From a virus, in the IMG/VR virus record IMGVR_UViG_3300003323_000790, positions 16,993-80,992 of that record: 64,000 nucleotides of DNA. One strand, 5' to 3'. Below, piece by piece: positions 35,305-44,876 of the stretch; the stretch's first letter is position 1; every line of letters begins with the position of its first letter. The translations under genes were made by a program, and so were the position numbers. The notes under the pieces were generated by a model. The model was not told the origin of the DNA. It did no database searches and saw only the letters and a list, made by a program, of their open reading frames with translations.

Positions 35305-36837
35305 TCATCCCCATAAGCTAAGCGTCACTTGATAAGATTTCAGCTGATAGGAAATACCGATCAGTCGAAATAGTTTACCAGAGGACATACCATAACGGTC
35401 GATTAACAGCTCGACCACGTCCATGAAGTTCATGGCCGCCGGCAGGAGGCTGATAGGGATCGTTACCTCAAAAATGTCTCGCCGGGGGTTGTAGAGCTGA
35501 TACTGCCGGAACGCTTCCGCAGTGGCGTCAGCTTGCTGTGTGAACAAGCTCTCCACCTCCAGCTTCGTGGCCAGCTTATGCAGTTGCTTGGCTGTAGCAT
35601 CTTGGTAGGCCGCTGTGCGGAAGTCCTGCGCAAGATAGGCCTTAAACGCCGCCTGCGCGCCGGCGGCACCCGCAATATCAGTCTGCACCGTCCAGACCTT
35701 GGCGTATTTGAGGCTGACCCACCAAACGGGGATATTGTTGTCATACGCCGACAGCCGCTGGATCGAATTCGCCACGTCGAAATCCTGCAGCGAAAGCACC
35801 GGCGTGCCTGCCGGGTTGGTGAGGCGCCCCATCCGAAGCAGGCCGGTGCCATCGAACCCAAACCATGCGCCTACCGAGGCGGCCACGGTATCCATAAGAC
35901 TCAAGTACGTTGTGCTGGTATCCTGCACATAAACGCCGATCTCCCCCGGCGCAGCAAGGTCCAGCGCCGCCACGTCCGGCGCGGAGACGCTACCGGGATC
36001 TACTCCGGACGCCAGGGCGATCGAGCGCAGCACCTGTGCGACGGTACGGGACGTCGGCGTGCCTTGGACCACATCGGCCGTCACTGTGCCTGCAGGGCTG
36101 GAGCCCAGTTGGAACAGGCCCTCTGCCAAGCAGGTATTGTAGCTGCCTGCTGCCGGAGTCGACGCCAGCAAGAGTGCGTTATTGGCGAAATCTGCGCCGA
36201 GGGTGAGAATGACACCTCGGTCGTACACCAAAATCGACTGCACCGGACCATCATTAACTTGGTGCGTCAGTTTCGAGGTGTTGACTTGTATGGCGCTGAT
36301 CTGAAAAACCGAACCCCAAACGCGCGGCTTGGCTTTGCCGGCGATGTCATTCACCGTGCCGTCGATACCGTTTGGCAGGGCGTTGGTGCCTCCGTAGAGA
36401 TTTGGCTGCGCTGGGACCTCCAGCACATACTGTGCGTCTCGCAGGCGCAGGCTCAAGGTGCGCCAGTCGGCTGTGTCAATATTCTCCGCTGTGCCGTTAA
36501 ACAGGGTCGTCCATGCGGCCGGGTACGGTGTGCCTGGGTCCCCGGACCGAATCACCACTTTCTGCCCGTCGAACCCGTAATCGAGCAAGTAGTCGAGCGC
36601 TCCGTCCGCATTTGACAAGGTGGTCTCGCCGATCTCCAACTTAACTCCGCCCCCGGTAGTCGTCTGCCCTGACGCATAGGCATGCAGACTGATGCTGCCG
36701 GGGTCAATCAGGCGTGGTTCAAACGCCACATCCGGCGGCGCGTCTGTCGGGGACGTAACAAACGCCCCGCTACTGAAATACAGCGTAGTTAGGGTGCCGT
36801 GAATATCTGTCGCGGCGGTCAGTTCAAGTACGATCAT
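35305..36837 (-). CDS. tail tip / hub protein
   Basis: Directly after tape measure; GK.KP..WG.V motif. Confidence 0.7.
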   Translation of the reverse strand: MIVLELTAATDIHGTLTTLYFSSGAFVTSPTDAPPDVAFEPRLIDPGSISLHAYASGQTTTGGGVKLEIGETTLSNADGALDYLLDYGFDGQKVVIRSGDPGTPYPAAWTTLFNGTAENIDTADWRTLSLRLRDAQYVLEVPAQPNLYGGTNALPNGIDGTVNDIAGKAKPRVWGSVFQISAIQVNTSKLTHQVNDGPVQSILVYDRGVILTLGADFANNALLLASTPAAGSYNTCLAEGLFQLGSSPAGTVTADVVQGTPTSRTVAQVLRSIALASGVDPGSVSAPDVAALDLAAPGEIGVYVQDTSTTYLSLMDTVAASVGAWFGFDGTGLLRMGRLTNPAGTPVLSLQDFDVANSIQRLSAYDNNIPVWWVSLKYAKVWTVQTDIAGAAGAQAAFKAYLAQDFRTAAYQDATAKQLHKLATKLEVESLFTQQADATAEAFRQYQLYNPRRDIFEVTIPISLLPAAMNFMDVVELLIDRYGMSSGKLFRLIGISYQLKSYQVTLSLWG

Positions 36838-36845
36838 TGGTTGCC

Positions 36846-39800
36846 TCAGTTTTTAGAGTTGTTGCTGCGCGCGACGCGCTGAGCTCTGCGCTGCTCGTCC
36901 AAGTCCGCGGCCGCCAGCTCTTCTTCTCGTTCGGCGATTGCTGCGCGCTGTGCGTTAGCTGCTTGCGCTTCCCGTACGAGGCTTTCCAACAACTGCCGCG
37001 CGACAGGGTCATAGCTTGCTTGTGGGCCCCGGGCAAACATGCCAGCGGTTTGCGCGGCTGGGTAGACTTGCGCTGGGTGCGTAAAGTCGACCAGTTCTGG
37101 CCCCCGCTCGCCGACCAAACTGACACCGTAAGCCATGCCGCCTTTGGCGTGACTATGCTTGGAGAGGTACTCATCGGACTTGTAAAAGTCCGAAGCAATC
37201 GTATCTAGGCTAACCCCCTTGTTGTAGGCCTCTATCCAGTTGGCCAGGCCTGGCGCATCCGGCTCCCGCTCCAAAATATTCCTATAGAACGAAGTGATCG
37301 CCAACTCAATAGCGCTGTGACTTGCCTGGCTCGGGTCTCCGGACGGAGTCTTGATGTCTTTCGTGGAATTAAGCGTAGCAATAGCCTGGCCCAGGGCCTT
37401 AACAGCGTCCGCCACGGCTTGCAGTCCACTAGCCGTAGTGGACGTCTGCAGACCCAAAGCATCCAGTTGCGCCTTCGCAGTGGCCAGAATGTCTTTTTGC
37501 ACACTGATCTGGCTGCGAGTCGAGGTCGCCAGCTTAGTGATGTCGTTTTGTACTCTTGTGGCATCCGCAGCGTAAGTCGGGTTGCTGGCGTTATACGCAC
37601 GGCTGGCCTTAAGGTAATCCTGAGCCACCGAGCTTAAATTGCCTTGGGCAGTCTCGTCGCCGGCTATCGCCTTGGCCACGGTATCTTCATACGTCACCTT
37701 AGCCTTAGCCAGCTTTTGCTCTGGCGTAAGGGTGCTGAGGTCGCCTTGGTTCAGCGTCTGCTGCAGGTTGTCAAGGCTGTCAGCGAACTTAGTTAAAGCG
37801 TCCACAGCCGACTGCGACTTGGTCACCAAGTCTTGGTAGGCGTCCGTCACACCTTTTGACGCCTGTGCCACGTACAGCTCTTTGTTCAGTGCGGCGAGCG
37901 CCGGCGTCAGGCCTTGCAGCTGCAGGGTCTGAATTGCGATTTGTGCGGCAGCCTTGCCGGCCGAGTTCCCCAAGGCTTCACTGATCTGACTTTGCAGCTG
38001 CAGCTCAGAGAGCATATCCTGAGTGCGCTGCTGGTTGGCTTGCTGACTAGCTTGCGCCGCCCAAGTGGCTTTCGTCGCCTCGGCCAGCGCTGCGCTCATG
38101 TCTTTCAGGGCGAGCTGGTGCTGCTGCTCCAGCACAGCGGCGGCAGCTGCCTTGTCTCCGGTGATTTCGTAGAGTTGGGCCTGCTGCTCCAAAATCGCCT
38201 TCTGCTCGTCTAACGCTTCTTTCTTTGCAGCTTCGGCCTTTTGTGCGTCCCACACAGCTTGGGTAGCAGCCGCCAGCTCGACGCTCATGTTTTGGAGGGC
38301 AAGTTGATGTTGCTGCTCCAATACGGCCGCCGCGGCTGTCTTGTTCCCGGTGATTTCGTAGAGTTGCGCTTGCTGATCAAGGATAGATTTTTGGTCTTCC
38401 CGCGCAGCGGTGGCCTTCTGCGCACCCCACACAGCTTGGGTGGCAGCAGCCAATTCGGCGCTCATACCCTTCAAGGCGAGCTGGTGCTGCTGCTCCAGTA
38501 CTGCGGCCGCTGCAGCTTTGTCTCCCGTCAGCTCATAGAGCTGGGCCTGCTGAGACAAGATGTTAGCAGTCTCTGCAGCCTTATCTACAGCCGGCGTAAC
38601 TTGCGCAAATGCCGCCTGCAGGTCCATCAGAGAGTTGAAGGTGCTCACTTGGGCGGCATCCGTCAAATCCAGCCCACTGACCAGCGCTTTAAACTCCTCG
38701 CGGGTAGTCGGGACCTTTACGTTCAACTTCGCAAATTCGGCGTTCAGTGCGGCTATAACCGGCGCATTCTGCTCCTGCGTCGTCAGGTAATTCTGCGAGT
38801 AGCTGGTGAGCTTACTCGACAGGGCATCAATGCCGCCCGACATATTAATGAATTGCTCCCGCGCGGTGAGCGAGGCGATGCCGATGGCGCCAAAAGCTTG
38901 CACACCCGTCTTGCCCAGCAGCTGCGCAATGGTGTCAGTAGATTTATAGTCGCCTGCCAAGCGCTGCAGCGTAGCGCTGGCAGCCTCGCCAACTTTACTA
39001 AAGCTGGCGATGCTCGGCAGCAACTTGGTCGATAGCTCATCCCCCACCTGCGCAAAGAACGCTGTGATGGCGTCGGTATTTTTCGTCTGGTCCGAGCCCA
39101 AGGAGATGTCGAACGCCTTGGTGTAGTCCTTCAGTACATCCGTAGACAGGCCCAGCACTGCCGCATAGCCAGCCGCCGCGACTTTCACTTGCGTGAAGCC
39201 GGACACCAGCGAATTGCTGAAGTCGCTCGGCAGTGCGGCGGTATTGGTGTAGCGCTTGTCGCTGCGGAACCAGCCACCCTTTTCCAAGATGTTGGCATAC
39301 GACTCGCCACCGGCGATGCCGGTATCCGAGATCGTGCCGCGTACACCTTGGCTCGTCACTACCGGGTCGGCGCGACCGAACAACTTGGTGTTAATGGCCG
39401 CGCCGGACAGAATATTGGCCAAGGTGCTGCCTACGCCCAGCTTGCTCAGCGAGCTGTAGACAAGATTCGTGGGCGCGGAGATCGCCTTGAAAATCGGATT
39501 GGTAATGGTGCCGTTGTTCGGGGTGAACCCCTGCTTCATGAAGCTGTTGGCCGCCTCCATACCTGCGATGATCCACCCCACAATCGGGATCGCCTTGGCC
39601 GCACCAGCGCCATAGCTCGCGGCCGCTGAGCCGGCATAGCCGCTAGACGCAGATGCAGTACCGGCACCCAAGGCGCCGCCTTGCATGCCTGCGCCAAAAG
39701 CGGATAAGGCCTCCGAGCCAAACAGTGAGCCGGCCGACGAGATCGAAGAGGCCAGGCTGCCAGTGATGCCGGAGGTCAGACCGCCATAAATTGCCTTACC

Positions 39801-42800
39801 GATCGTGAAGAGGTTGCTGGCGCCTCCTAGAATACTGGCCATGGTCGAGCTGCCGCCGGCTGCGCCAGTACTTTCCGACGAGCCACCCAACAGTGTGGAC
39901 AGGGCGCTGCCGCCGCTCGTGATAGAGCTCAGTGCGCCAGTCACATTGGTGCTGATCTCGATGATCCATTTTTTGATGGTCAGCTGGTACAGCATGTCAA
40001 GGATCGAGGTCTTGATGGCCTCTTTGATCTTTTTCATCGTGTCTACACCGGACTTACCCCAGCTCACAAACGCGTCGTGTGCTGATTGGTCGACAGTTTT
40101 CCAAATCGATTTCCAGGTATCCCCGAAAGGCTTAGTGGCCTTTTCCAGCGTATTGACTTGCTGCTGGTATTTCTTGTTAATCTCTTCGAACGCTTTCGCC
40201 AGCTCTGGGTTGTTGCTAGTCTCGGCGATCGCCTTGAGCTGGGCCCACAGCTCCTTGGTCGTCGGAAGCAACTTACGTTGGATACTTTCCGCAGCGTCTG
40301 AAACACCCAACATGCCGGCAAGGCCACCTTCCTCAGTACCCTTGGCCTGTGCCTCCTGCACCGCCCCCTGGATCGAATTGATCAAGGTGTCGAACTGAGT
40401 CTTCAGTTGCGCGAACAAGGCCGTATCGACGCCGGCCGAGCGGCGCTGGCTGATGGCGTTGAGTGCCGTGTTCAACTTGCCCAGCTTCTCCAGCAAGTCG
40501 TCCACGTTGGACGTGTCGCCGCTCTCCAGCGCTTTCGTGATGTCGCTTTCCAAGGCCTTGATATTCGACTGCAGGCCACTGACGGTCTGCGAGGTGTCGG
40601 CCTCGAACTTGAGCAAGTAGGCGTCCACCAGCTGGCCTCGCGCTTGCAGGGCGTCCGCCTGGCGCGTCAGGTTTTCCTTGTCCAGCTGAGTGAAATAGGC
40701 CTGTTCAGCCGCTGCCTGTTGGATCAGCAGCTGTTTGCCCTTCTCGATAGCGTCGTTTGCTTGGTTGGTGTACTTCTGCTCGGCACCACGTTTCTTGTCG
40801 GCGGCCGACATCAGCGCCGCCTCGCTCATTGCGGTGTCGTAGGCGACGGTCAGGCTCTGCCGCTCCAAGGTGGTCTTTTGCCGTAGGTATTCCAGCTCAC
40901 CTACGCGACCGGCGGCACGGGCAGCGTCCAGCTCCAGCGTTTTGGTGCGCTGCTGGATATCGAACAGCTGCTTGGCCCCCTGCAACTGCTGCACCTGCGC
41001 GTTCAGCTCGTCATTGGTGGCTGTCTTCGGGCGATCTTGCAGCGAGGCGTTGTAGTCGCGACGCGTCTCAGTGTACGCGGCCAAGGCTTGCGTGTAGGTC
41101 AGGCTATTGGACTTGAACTTCTCCAGGATATCGAGGGCTTCAGCCGCCTTGCCGCGCGCGGCCTCGTTCGACTGGTCTTCAACAGCCACGTCTTTGCCGC
41201 CGATGGTCTTGATGACCTCCGACTTCTTGGCCAGGTCTTCCAGCTGCTTGATCAGTGCAGCGCGGTCGTTCAGCGTTTTCTGCTCGGCATTGAGCCCCTT
41301 GTTCGCGGTTTCCGCCGCAGACAACTTGTAGTAGTTGGCCTGTGCCTCTTCCGCCTGCTTACTCAAGTTGGCGTAGTTCGCCAGCATCTCCTTGGTAGGG
41401 GACATGGCGTTATCGACCGTCTTCTTCGCAGCGGCGGCAGCCGCGTTCAGACGATTCATCGCCTCCGCAGCTGCTTGCAGGGTGGTCGGCGCCGCCGGTT
41501 GGTCGCCTTTGTCGCCCTCCAGGCGCAGCTTTTCCCGGATCAGTTCGATCCGCTTCTCCAGTGACTTGTTCTCTGAATCGAGCATATCGATTCGGGTGCG
41601 CGTGCTGTTCTGGATCTTCTGGTTGGCCTGCTCTTGCTTATCGATCTCAGCGTTGTAGAGCTGATACGCAAGTGTGAGACCGCCGATCAGCAGCGCCAGC
41701 GGGCCGAGCACACCCATCGCCAGGCGGGTGGCGGTGGTGAAGGTGATGGTCGCTGCTTCCGCGCCGGCCAGGGCCGTGGTGTAGAGCGTCGTGGCGCCGG
41801 TCCAGGCCTTCATGCCCAAGGTCACGGTCGACACGGCTGCCACCAGCACGCCGATCTCCTTGGCGCTGCTGACGGCACCTTGCGCCAGCGATACCGTGCC
41901 GGCGGCCAGATTGGTCAGGATGCGCGTTGCGCCCTCGCTACGCGCAACCTGCGCCAGCCCGTCCACGAGCGCCTGCAGGGCCGGCTGCGATTGCGAGAAC
42001 GCACGGATGAACGTCTCGTCCATCGAGTTCTTCAGGCGCTTGAACGCGCCTTCCGTAGAGTCGCCCAGCGTGGTCACCGCGTCCGACATGAAGCCGGTCG
42101 CGTCGCGCGCTTCTTGGATCTTTTTCTCGTAATCGTCGAGATACTGCAGCAGCGTCGATACGGCCTTGGCGCCGCGGTTATTGGTGATGTCGCCGATGTA
42201 GTTGGCCTGCGCCGACTCGTTGTATTTGGACAACGCGTTGCGCAGCTCGGCCAGCAGCACGGAAGAGTTCTTCAGTGAGCCGTCTACATTCTTGGCGGAC
42301 ACACCCAGCTCGTCCAGCGCTTTGGTCGCCTGCTTGGTCGGCGCGTACAGGCTGGTCAGCAGGTTGCTGTAAGCCGTACCGGCTTGGCTGCCGACAATGT
42401 TGATCTTGGCCAAGGTGCCCAGCGCGGCACTAGTTTCTTCGATTGACACGCCGTAGAGCGAAGCCGCAATCGAACCCTGCTTGAGCGATTCGGTCATCGC
42501 GGCGACGCTGGTGTTCGACGACGCGGCCGTCTTGGCCAGGATGTCACCGACGCGCTCGATGTCGCCGATCTGCAGGCCGAAGGCCGACAGCGCGCCGGTG
42601 GCAGCCAAGGCCGCCTGCTCGACGCCCATCTCGCCGATGGTGGCCAGATTCAGCACGGCCGGCAGCACGGCGAGCGAGTCCTTCACGCTCAGGCCGTTCT
42701 GCGCCAGCGCGCGCATACCCTCAGCAGCATCCTTGATACCAACGACGGTGCCGCCTGAAATGGCGAGGAAGTTGTCCAACGGCACAGCCTCTTGGCTCAG

Positions 42801-43817
42801 CGCCTGCACGAACTTGAGCTGGTACTCGACTTCTTTGCCGACGGTCACCACATTCTTGAGGGACGCGGCCAGCGCGGCGCCAGCCGCCAGCGGGATCAGG
42901 CTGCCGTAGGTCAGCCACAGGCCGCCCAAGGAGCCCGCCAAGCCGCGCGCCAGTGCGTGGCCTTCGGCCATTGCTTCGTTGTGCGCGGCGATCGCCGCCG
43001 TGCTGGAGGCGGCCGCCGGCGGCATGGCAGCCAGTTGGCGCCGCAGCTCTGCCAGGTTGGCGCCGGCGGCGGCGCTGCCGTAGCGCTCCGATGCGTTGCC
43101 GCCGAGGCTGCCATAGACGGCCGCCTTCTCGGCCGTGGCGATTTGGCTGGCCAGGCTGGAGGTGGTGAAGTTGGTGTTGAGCACGCGCTGCTTTTCAGCG
43201 GCAGCGGCCTTCTTGGCTTCCAGATCGAGCGTATTCTGCCAAGAGGCGGCAGCCGCTGCTTCTTCCAGTGCGCGCCGCTTGCGAAGCTCGGCTTCCAAGG
43301 TAGCGGTCTTCTTGGCTTCGAAGCTGAGCAAGGTTTGCCACGAGGCTGCAGCGGCGGCCTCGCTGATAGCAGCAGCGCGGTCATAGCTGGCTTGCAGCGC
43401 GGCGGCGCGCTTGTTCTCAGCCGCCATCTCGGCTTCCAGCTCCTTCATAGCCGTGGCGGTTGCTTTATTGATCCGGGCCGAGGCAGCGGCCTCCTGCGCT
43501 GCCTCGGCGGCGGCGTAGAACTTGTTGCGGTCAAACAGCATCTTGTCGAGACCCTTCTCGACAGCGGAAGCTTCTTCGGCTGCGGCGGCTTTGGCGCTGG
43601 CTACGCGCCGGCCCTGGGCGGCCGTCTGGACGGAAAGGATCTCGGTGAGAGAGGTGGAAATGGTCTTGACCATCGCCTCCATTTGCTGGGTGAGCGAGGC
43701 CAGCGCGGTCTCGCGCGCGGCAAGCTTGTCGAACGACGAGGCGACCCGATCGATGGCATCTGCCATTCGCTTTAGGTCGTCTGCGCCGCTGGCATTGATG
43801 CTGTTGTTCTCGTCCAT
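36846..43817 (-). CDS. tape measure protein (2323 aa) with C-terminal DUF4214-like domain
   Basis: TP901-type core (D.LA.TA..SN...GSQAGT); Ala-rich helices; FYRNILEREPD..GL..W...F.KS.EY near the C-terminus. Confidence 0.92.
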   Translation of the reverse strand: MDENNSINASGADDLKRMADAIDRVASSFDKLAARETALASLTQQMEAMVKTISTSLTEILSVQTAAQGRRVASAKAAAAEEASAVEKGLDKMLFDRNKFYAAAEAAQEAAASARINKATATAMKELEAEMAAENKRAAALQASYDRAAAISEAAAAASWQTLLSFEAKKTATLEAELRKRRALEEAAAAASWQNTLDLEAKKAAAAEKQRVLNTNFTTSSLASQIATAEKAAVYGSLGGNASERYGSAAAGANLAELRRQLAAMPPAAASSTAAIAAHNEAMAEGHALARGLAGSLGGLWLTYGSLIPLAAGAALAASLKNVVTVGKEVEYQLKFVQALSQEAVPLDNFLAISGGTVVGIKDAAEGMRALAQNGLSVKDSLAVLPAVLNLATIGEMGVEQAALAATGALSAFGLQIGDIERVGDILAKTAASSNTSVAAMTESLKQGSIAASLYGVSIEETSAALGTLAKINIVGSQAGTAYSNLLTSLYAPTKQATKALDELGVSAKNVDGSLKNSSVLLAELRNALSKYNESAQANYIGDITNNRGAKAVSTLLQYLDDYEKKIQEARDATGFMSDAVTTLGDSTEGAFKRLKNSMDETFIRAFSQSQPALQALVDGLAQVARSEGATRILTNLAAGTVSLAQGAVSSAKEIGVLVAAVSTVTLGMKAWTGATTLYTTALAGAEAATITFTTATRLAMGVLGPLALLIGGLTLAYQLYNAEIDKQEQANQKIQNSTRTRIDMLDSENKSLEKRIELIREKLRLEGDKGDQPAAPTTLQAAAEAMNRLNAAAAAAKKTVDNAMSPTKEMLANYANLSKQAEEAQANYYKLSAAETANKGLNAEQKTLNDRAALIKQLEDLAKKSEVIKTIGGKDVAVEDQSNEAARGKAAEALDILEKFKSNSLTYTQALAAYTETRRDYNASLQDRPKTATNDELNAQVQQLQGAKQLFDIQQRTKTLELDAARAAGRVGELEYLRQKTTLERQSLTVAYDTAMSEAALMSAADKKRGAEQKYTNQANDAIEKGKQLLIQQAAAEQAYFTQLDKENLTRQADALQARGQLVDAYLLKFEADTSQTVSGLQSNIKALESDITKALESGDTSNVDDLLEKLGKLNTALNAISQRRSAGVDTALFAQLKTQFDTLINSIQGAVQEAQAKGTEEGGLAGMLGVSDAAESIQRKLLPTTKELWAQLKAIAETSNNPELAKAFEEINKKYQQQVNTLEKATKPFGDTWKSIWKTVDQSAHDAFVSWGKSGVDTMKKIKEAIKTSILDMLYQLTIKKWIIEISTNVTGALSSITSGGSALSTLLGGSSESTGAAGGSSTMASILGGASNLFTIGKAIYGGLTSGITGSLASSISSAGSLFGSEALSAFGAGMQGGALGAGTASASSGYAGSAAASYGAGAAKAIPIVGWIIAGMEAANSFMKQGFTPNNGTITNPIFKAISAPTNLVYSSLSKLGVGSTLANILSGAAINTKLFGRADPVVTSQGVRGTISDTGIAGGESYANILEKGGWFRSDKRYTNTAALPSDFSNSLVSGFTQVKVAAAGYAAVLGLSTDVLKDYTKAFDISLGSDQTKNTDAITAFFAQVGDELSTKLLPSIASFSKVGEAASATLQRLAGDYKSTDTIAQLLGKTGVQAFGAIGIASLTAREQFINMSGGIDALSSKLTSYSQNYLTTQEQNAPVIAALNAEFAKLNVKVPTTREEFKALVSGLDLTDAAQVSTFNSLMDLQAAFAQVTPAVDKAAETANILSQQAQLYELTGDKAAAAAVLEQQHQLALKGMSAELAAATQAVWGAQKATAAREDQKSILDQQAQLYEITGNKTAAAAVLEQQHQLALQNMSVELAAATQAVWDAQKAEAAKKEALDEQKAILEQQAQLYEITGDKAAAAAVLEQQHQLALKDMSAALAEATKATWAAQASQQANQQRTQDMLSELQLQSQISEALGNSAGKAAAQIAIQTLQLQGLTPALAALNKELYVAQASKGVTDAYQDLVTKSQSAVDALTKFADSLDNLQQTLNQGDLSTLTPEQKLAKAKVTYEDTVAKAIAGDETAQGNLSSVAQDYLKASRAYNASNPTYAADATRVQNDITKLATSTRSQISVQKDILATAKAQLDALGLQTSTTASGLQAVADAVKALGQAIATLNSTKDIKTPSGDPSQASHSAIELAITSFYRNILEREPDAPGLANWIEAYNKGVSLDTIASDFYKSDEYLSKHSHAKGGMAYGVSLVGERGPELVDFTHPAQVYPAAQTAGMFARGPQASYDPVARQLLESLVREAQAANAQRAAIAEREEELAAADLDEQRRAQRVARSNNSKN
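38060..38570 (-). repeat. three tandem ~55-65-aa repeats inside the tape measure gene
   Basis: IL.QQAQLYE.TG.K.AAAAVLEQQHQLAL..MS..LA.AT.A.W.AQ x3. Confidence 0.85.
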
Positions 43818-43821
43818 AGAA

Positions 43822-43871
43822 GAAGCCCCTCAGTAGATACGGATTATCGCTGAGGGGCTTCCTATTGGCAA
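43822..43871 (-). promoter_or_regulatory. hairpin covering the tape measure RBS with a promoter -10 in its loop
   Basis: GAAGCCCCTCAG-N16-CTGAGGGGCTTC; TTGCCA-17-GATAAT. Confidence 0.65.
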
Positions 43872-43875
43872 CAAC

Positions 43876-44271
43876 TTATGCCTTCATCGTGACGCCGGCG
43901 GCCTTACGCATTTCGTCTAGGCTGCCTGATTTGGCATGCTTGGCCGCGTGGCGCTCCCGGAATACTTGATCCATGTTCTGGACGTACAGCAACAACTCTG
44001 CATACTCGTCCGGATCAAATATCCCAAGGGCCCAGCAATGCGCCTGAACTTCTGAGACAGGGACTGCCAGAGGCTGGCCTTGGTCGAATCGCCGGCTGTG
44101 GCTGAGTTCTCGGTATATCTGCGCAAAGTAGCTTTGCCGGAACGTCAGGACTGGGCGGCGGTCCAGATAGGCTGGCCTGGGAATCCCTGATTTTGCCAGG
44201 TATTCTAGGTCAGCTGCACTGTGCTTTCCGCCCCAGTCAAGTTCCCACTCGATGTGGGCACGGAGTTTTTT
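43876..44271 (-). CDS. tail assembly chaperone, -1 frameshift extension (gpT-like)
   Basis: -1 frame is open from slippery GCA AAA AAC (about 44265-44271) to TAA at 43878-43876: KLRAHIEWELDWG...RPVL...Y.ELS.SRR...P.SEV. Confidence 0.8.
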   Translation of the reverse strand, partial: KKLRAHIEWELDWGGKHSAADLEYLAKSGIPRPAYLDRRPVLTFRQSYFAQIYRELSHSRRFDQGQPLAVPVSEVQAHCWALGIFDPDEYAELLLYVQNMDQVFRERHAAKHAKSGSLDEMRKAAGVTMKA

Positions 44272-44705
44272 GCGTTTTCATCCTCCTGCTGAACCAGGAA
44301 GCTGCGATGGCTTTCTGCGATGCGAGTGATCACCGCGCGGAAGTCTTTGATGGCCAGCAGCTCTTCTGCTGCTTCCGTCGAGTAGGGCAGTGGGTTGCCC
44401 TTACGGTCGGTCATGCCGGCCCAGTTCAGCAGCACGGTCTTGGCCAGCGCGGTACCTACCAGCTTGAAAGCCAGATCGTCGCCAGCCTTGCGCTCTTCCT
44501 CGGTTGCGTCATCCGCTTGACCACGCTTCAGAGTTTCTTCGTTGGCCTTCCACATAGCCGACAGCAGGCGGGAGTAGGCGCGATTGCCGGCGCGCGCGAT
44601 GGTGCAGGTGACGCCTGGGCCAAAACCCAGCTCTTTATCGAATACGCGGCCCTTTTCCTCTGCAGTCAGGTCGGTCTCGAAAGCTTTGAAGGGGTTGAAA
44701 GACAT
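44205..44705 (-). CDS. tail assembly chaperone (gpG-like)
   Basis: AGGAG SD; IARAGN..Y...VLLNW.G......LPYS.E.A; lies between tail tube and tape measure. Confidence 0.85.
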   Translation of the reverse strand: MSFNPFKAFETDLTAEEKGRVFDKELGFGPGVTCTIARAGNRAYSRLLSAMWKANEETLKRGQADDATEEERKAGDDLAFKLVGTALAKTVLLNWAGMTDRKGNPLPYSTEAAEELLAIKDFRAVITRIAESHRSFLVQQEDENAKNSVPTSSGNLTGAESTVQLT

Positions 44706-44734
44706 TGAAATTCTCCTAGGAAATGTGTCCTCTG

Positions 44735-44763
44735 AGAATATCATTCTTTTCTGAAAGTGTCAA
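44735..44763 (-). promoter_or_regulatory. sigma70-like promoter
   Basis: TTGACA-17-TATTCT with extended TG. Confidence 0.7.
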
Positions 44764-44832
44764 AAAGAAGTGCCGACGGGACATCCACACCGCCAGCACC
44801 TAAACCCTAGAAGCTCAGCATACGACTAAAAT

Positions 44833-44861
44833 AAAAAAGGCGCAACCTGAAAGGTTGCGCC
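44833..44861 (-). terminator. intrinsic terminator after major tail gene
   Basis: GGCGCAACCT-TTC-AGGTTGCGCC plus T run on the - strand. Confidence 0.85.
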
Positions 44862-44876
44862 AAACCCACGACAGAA

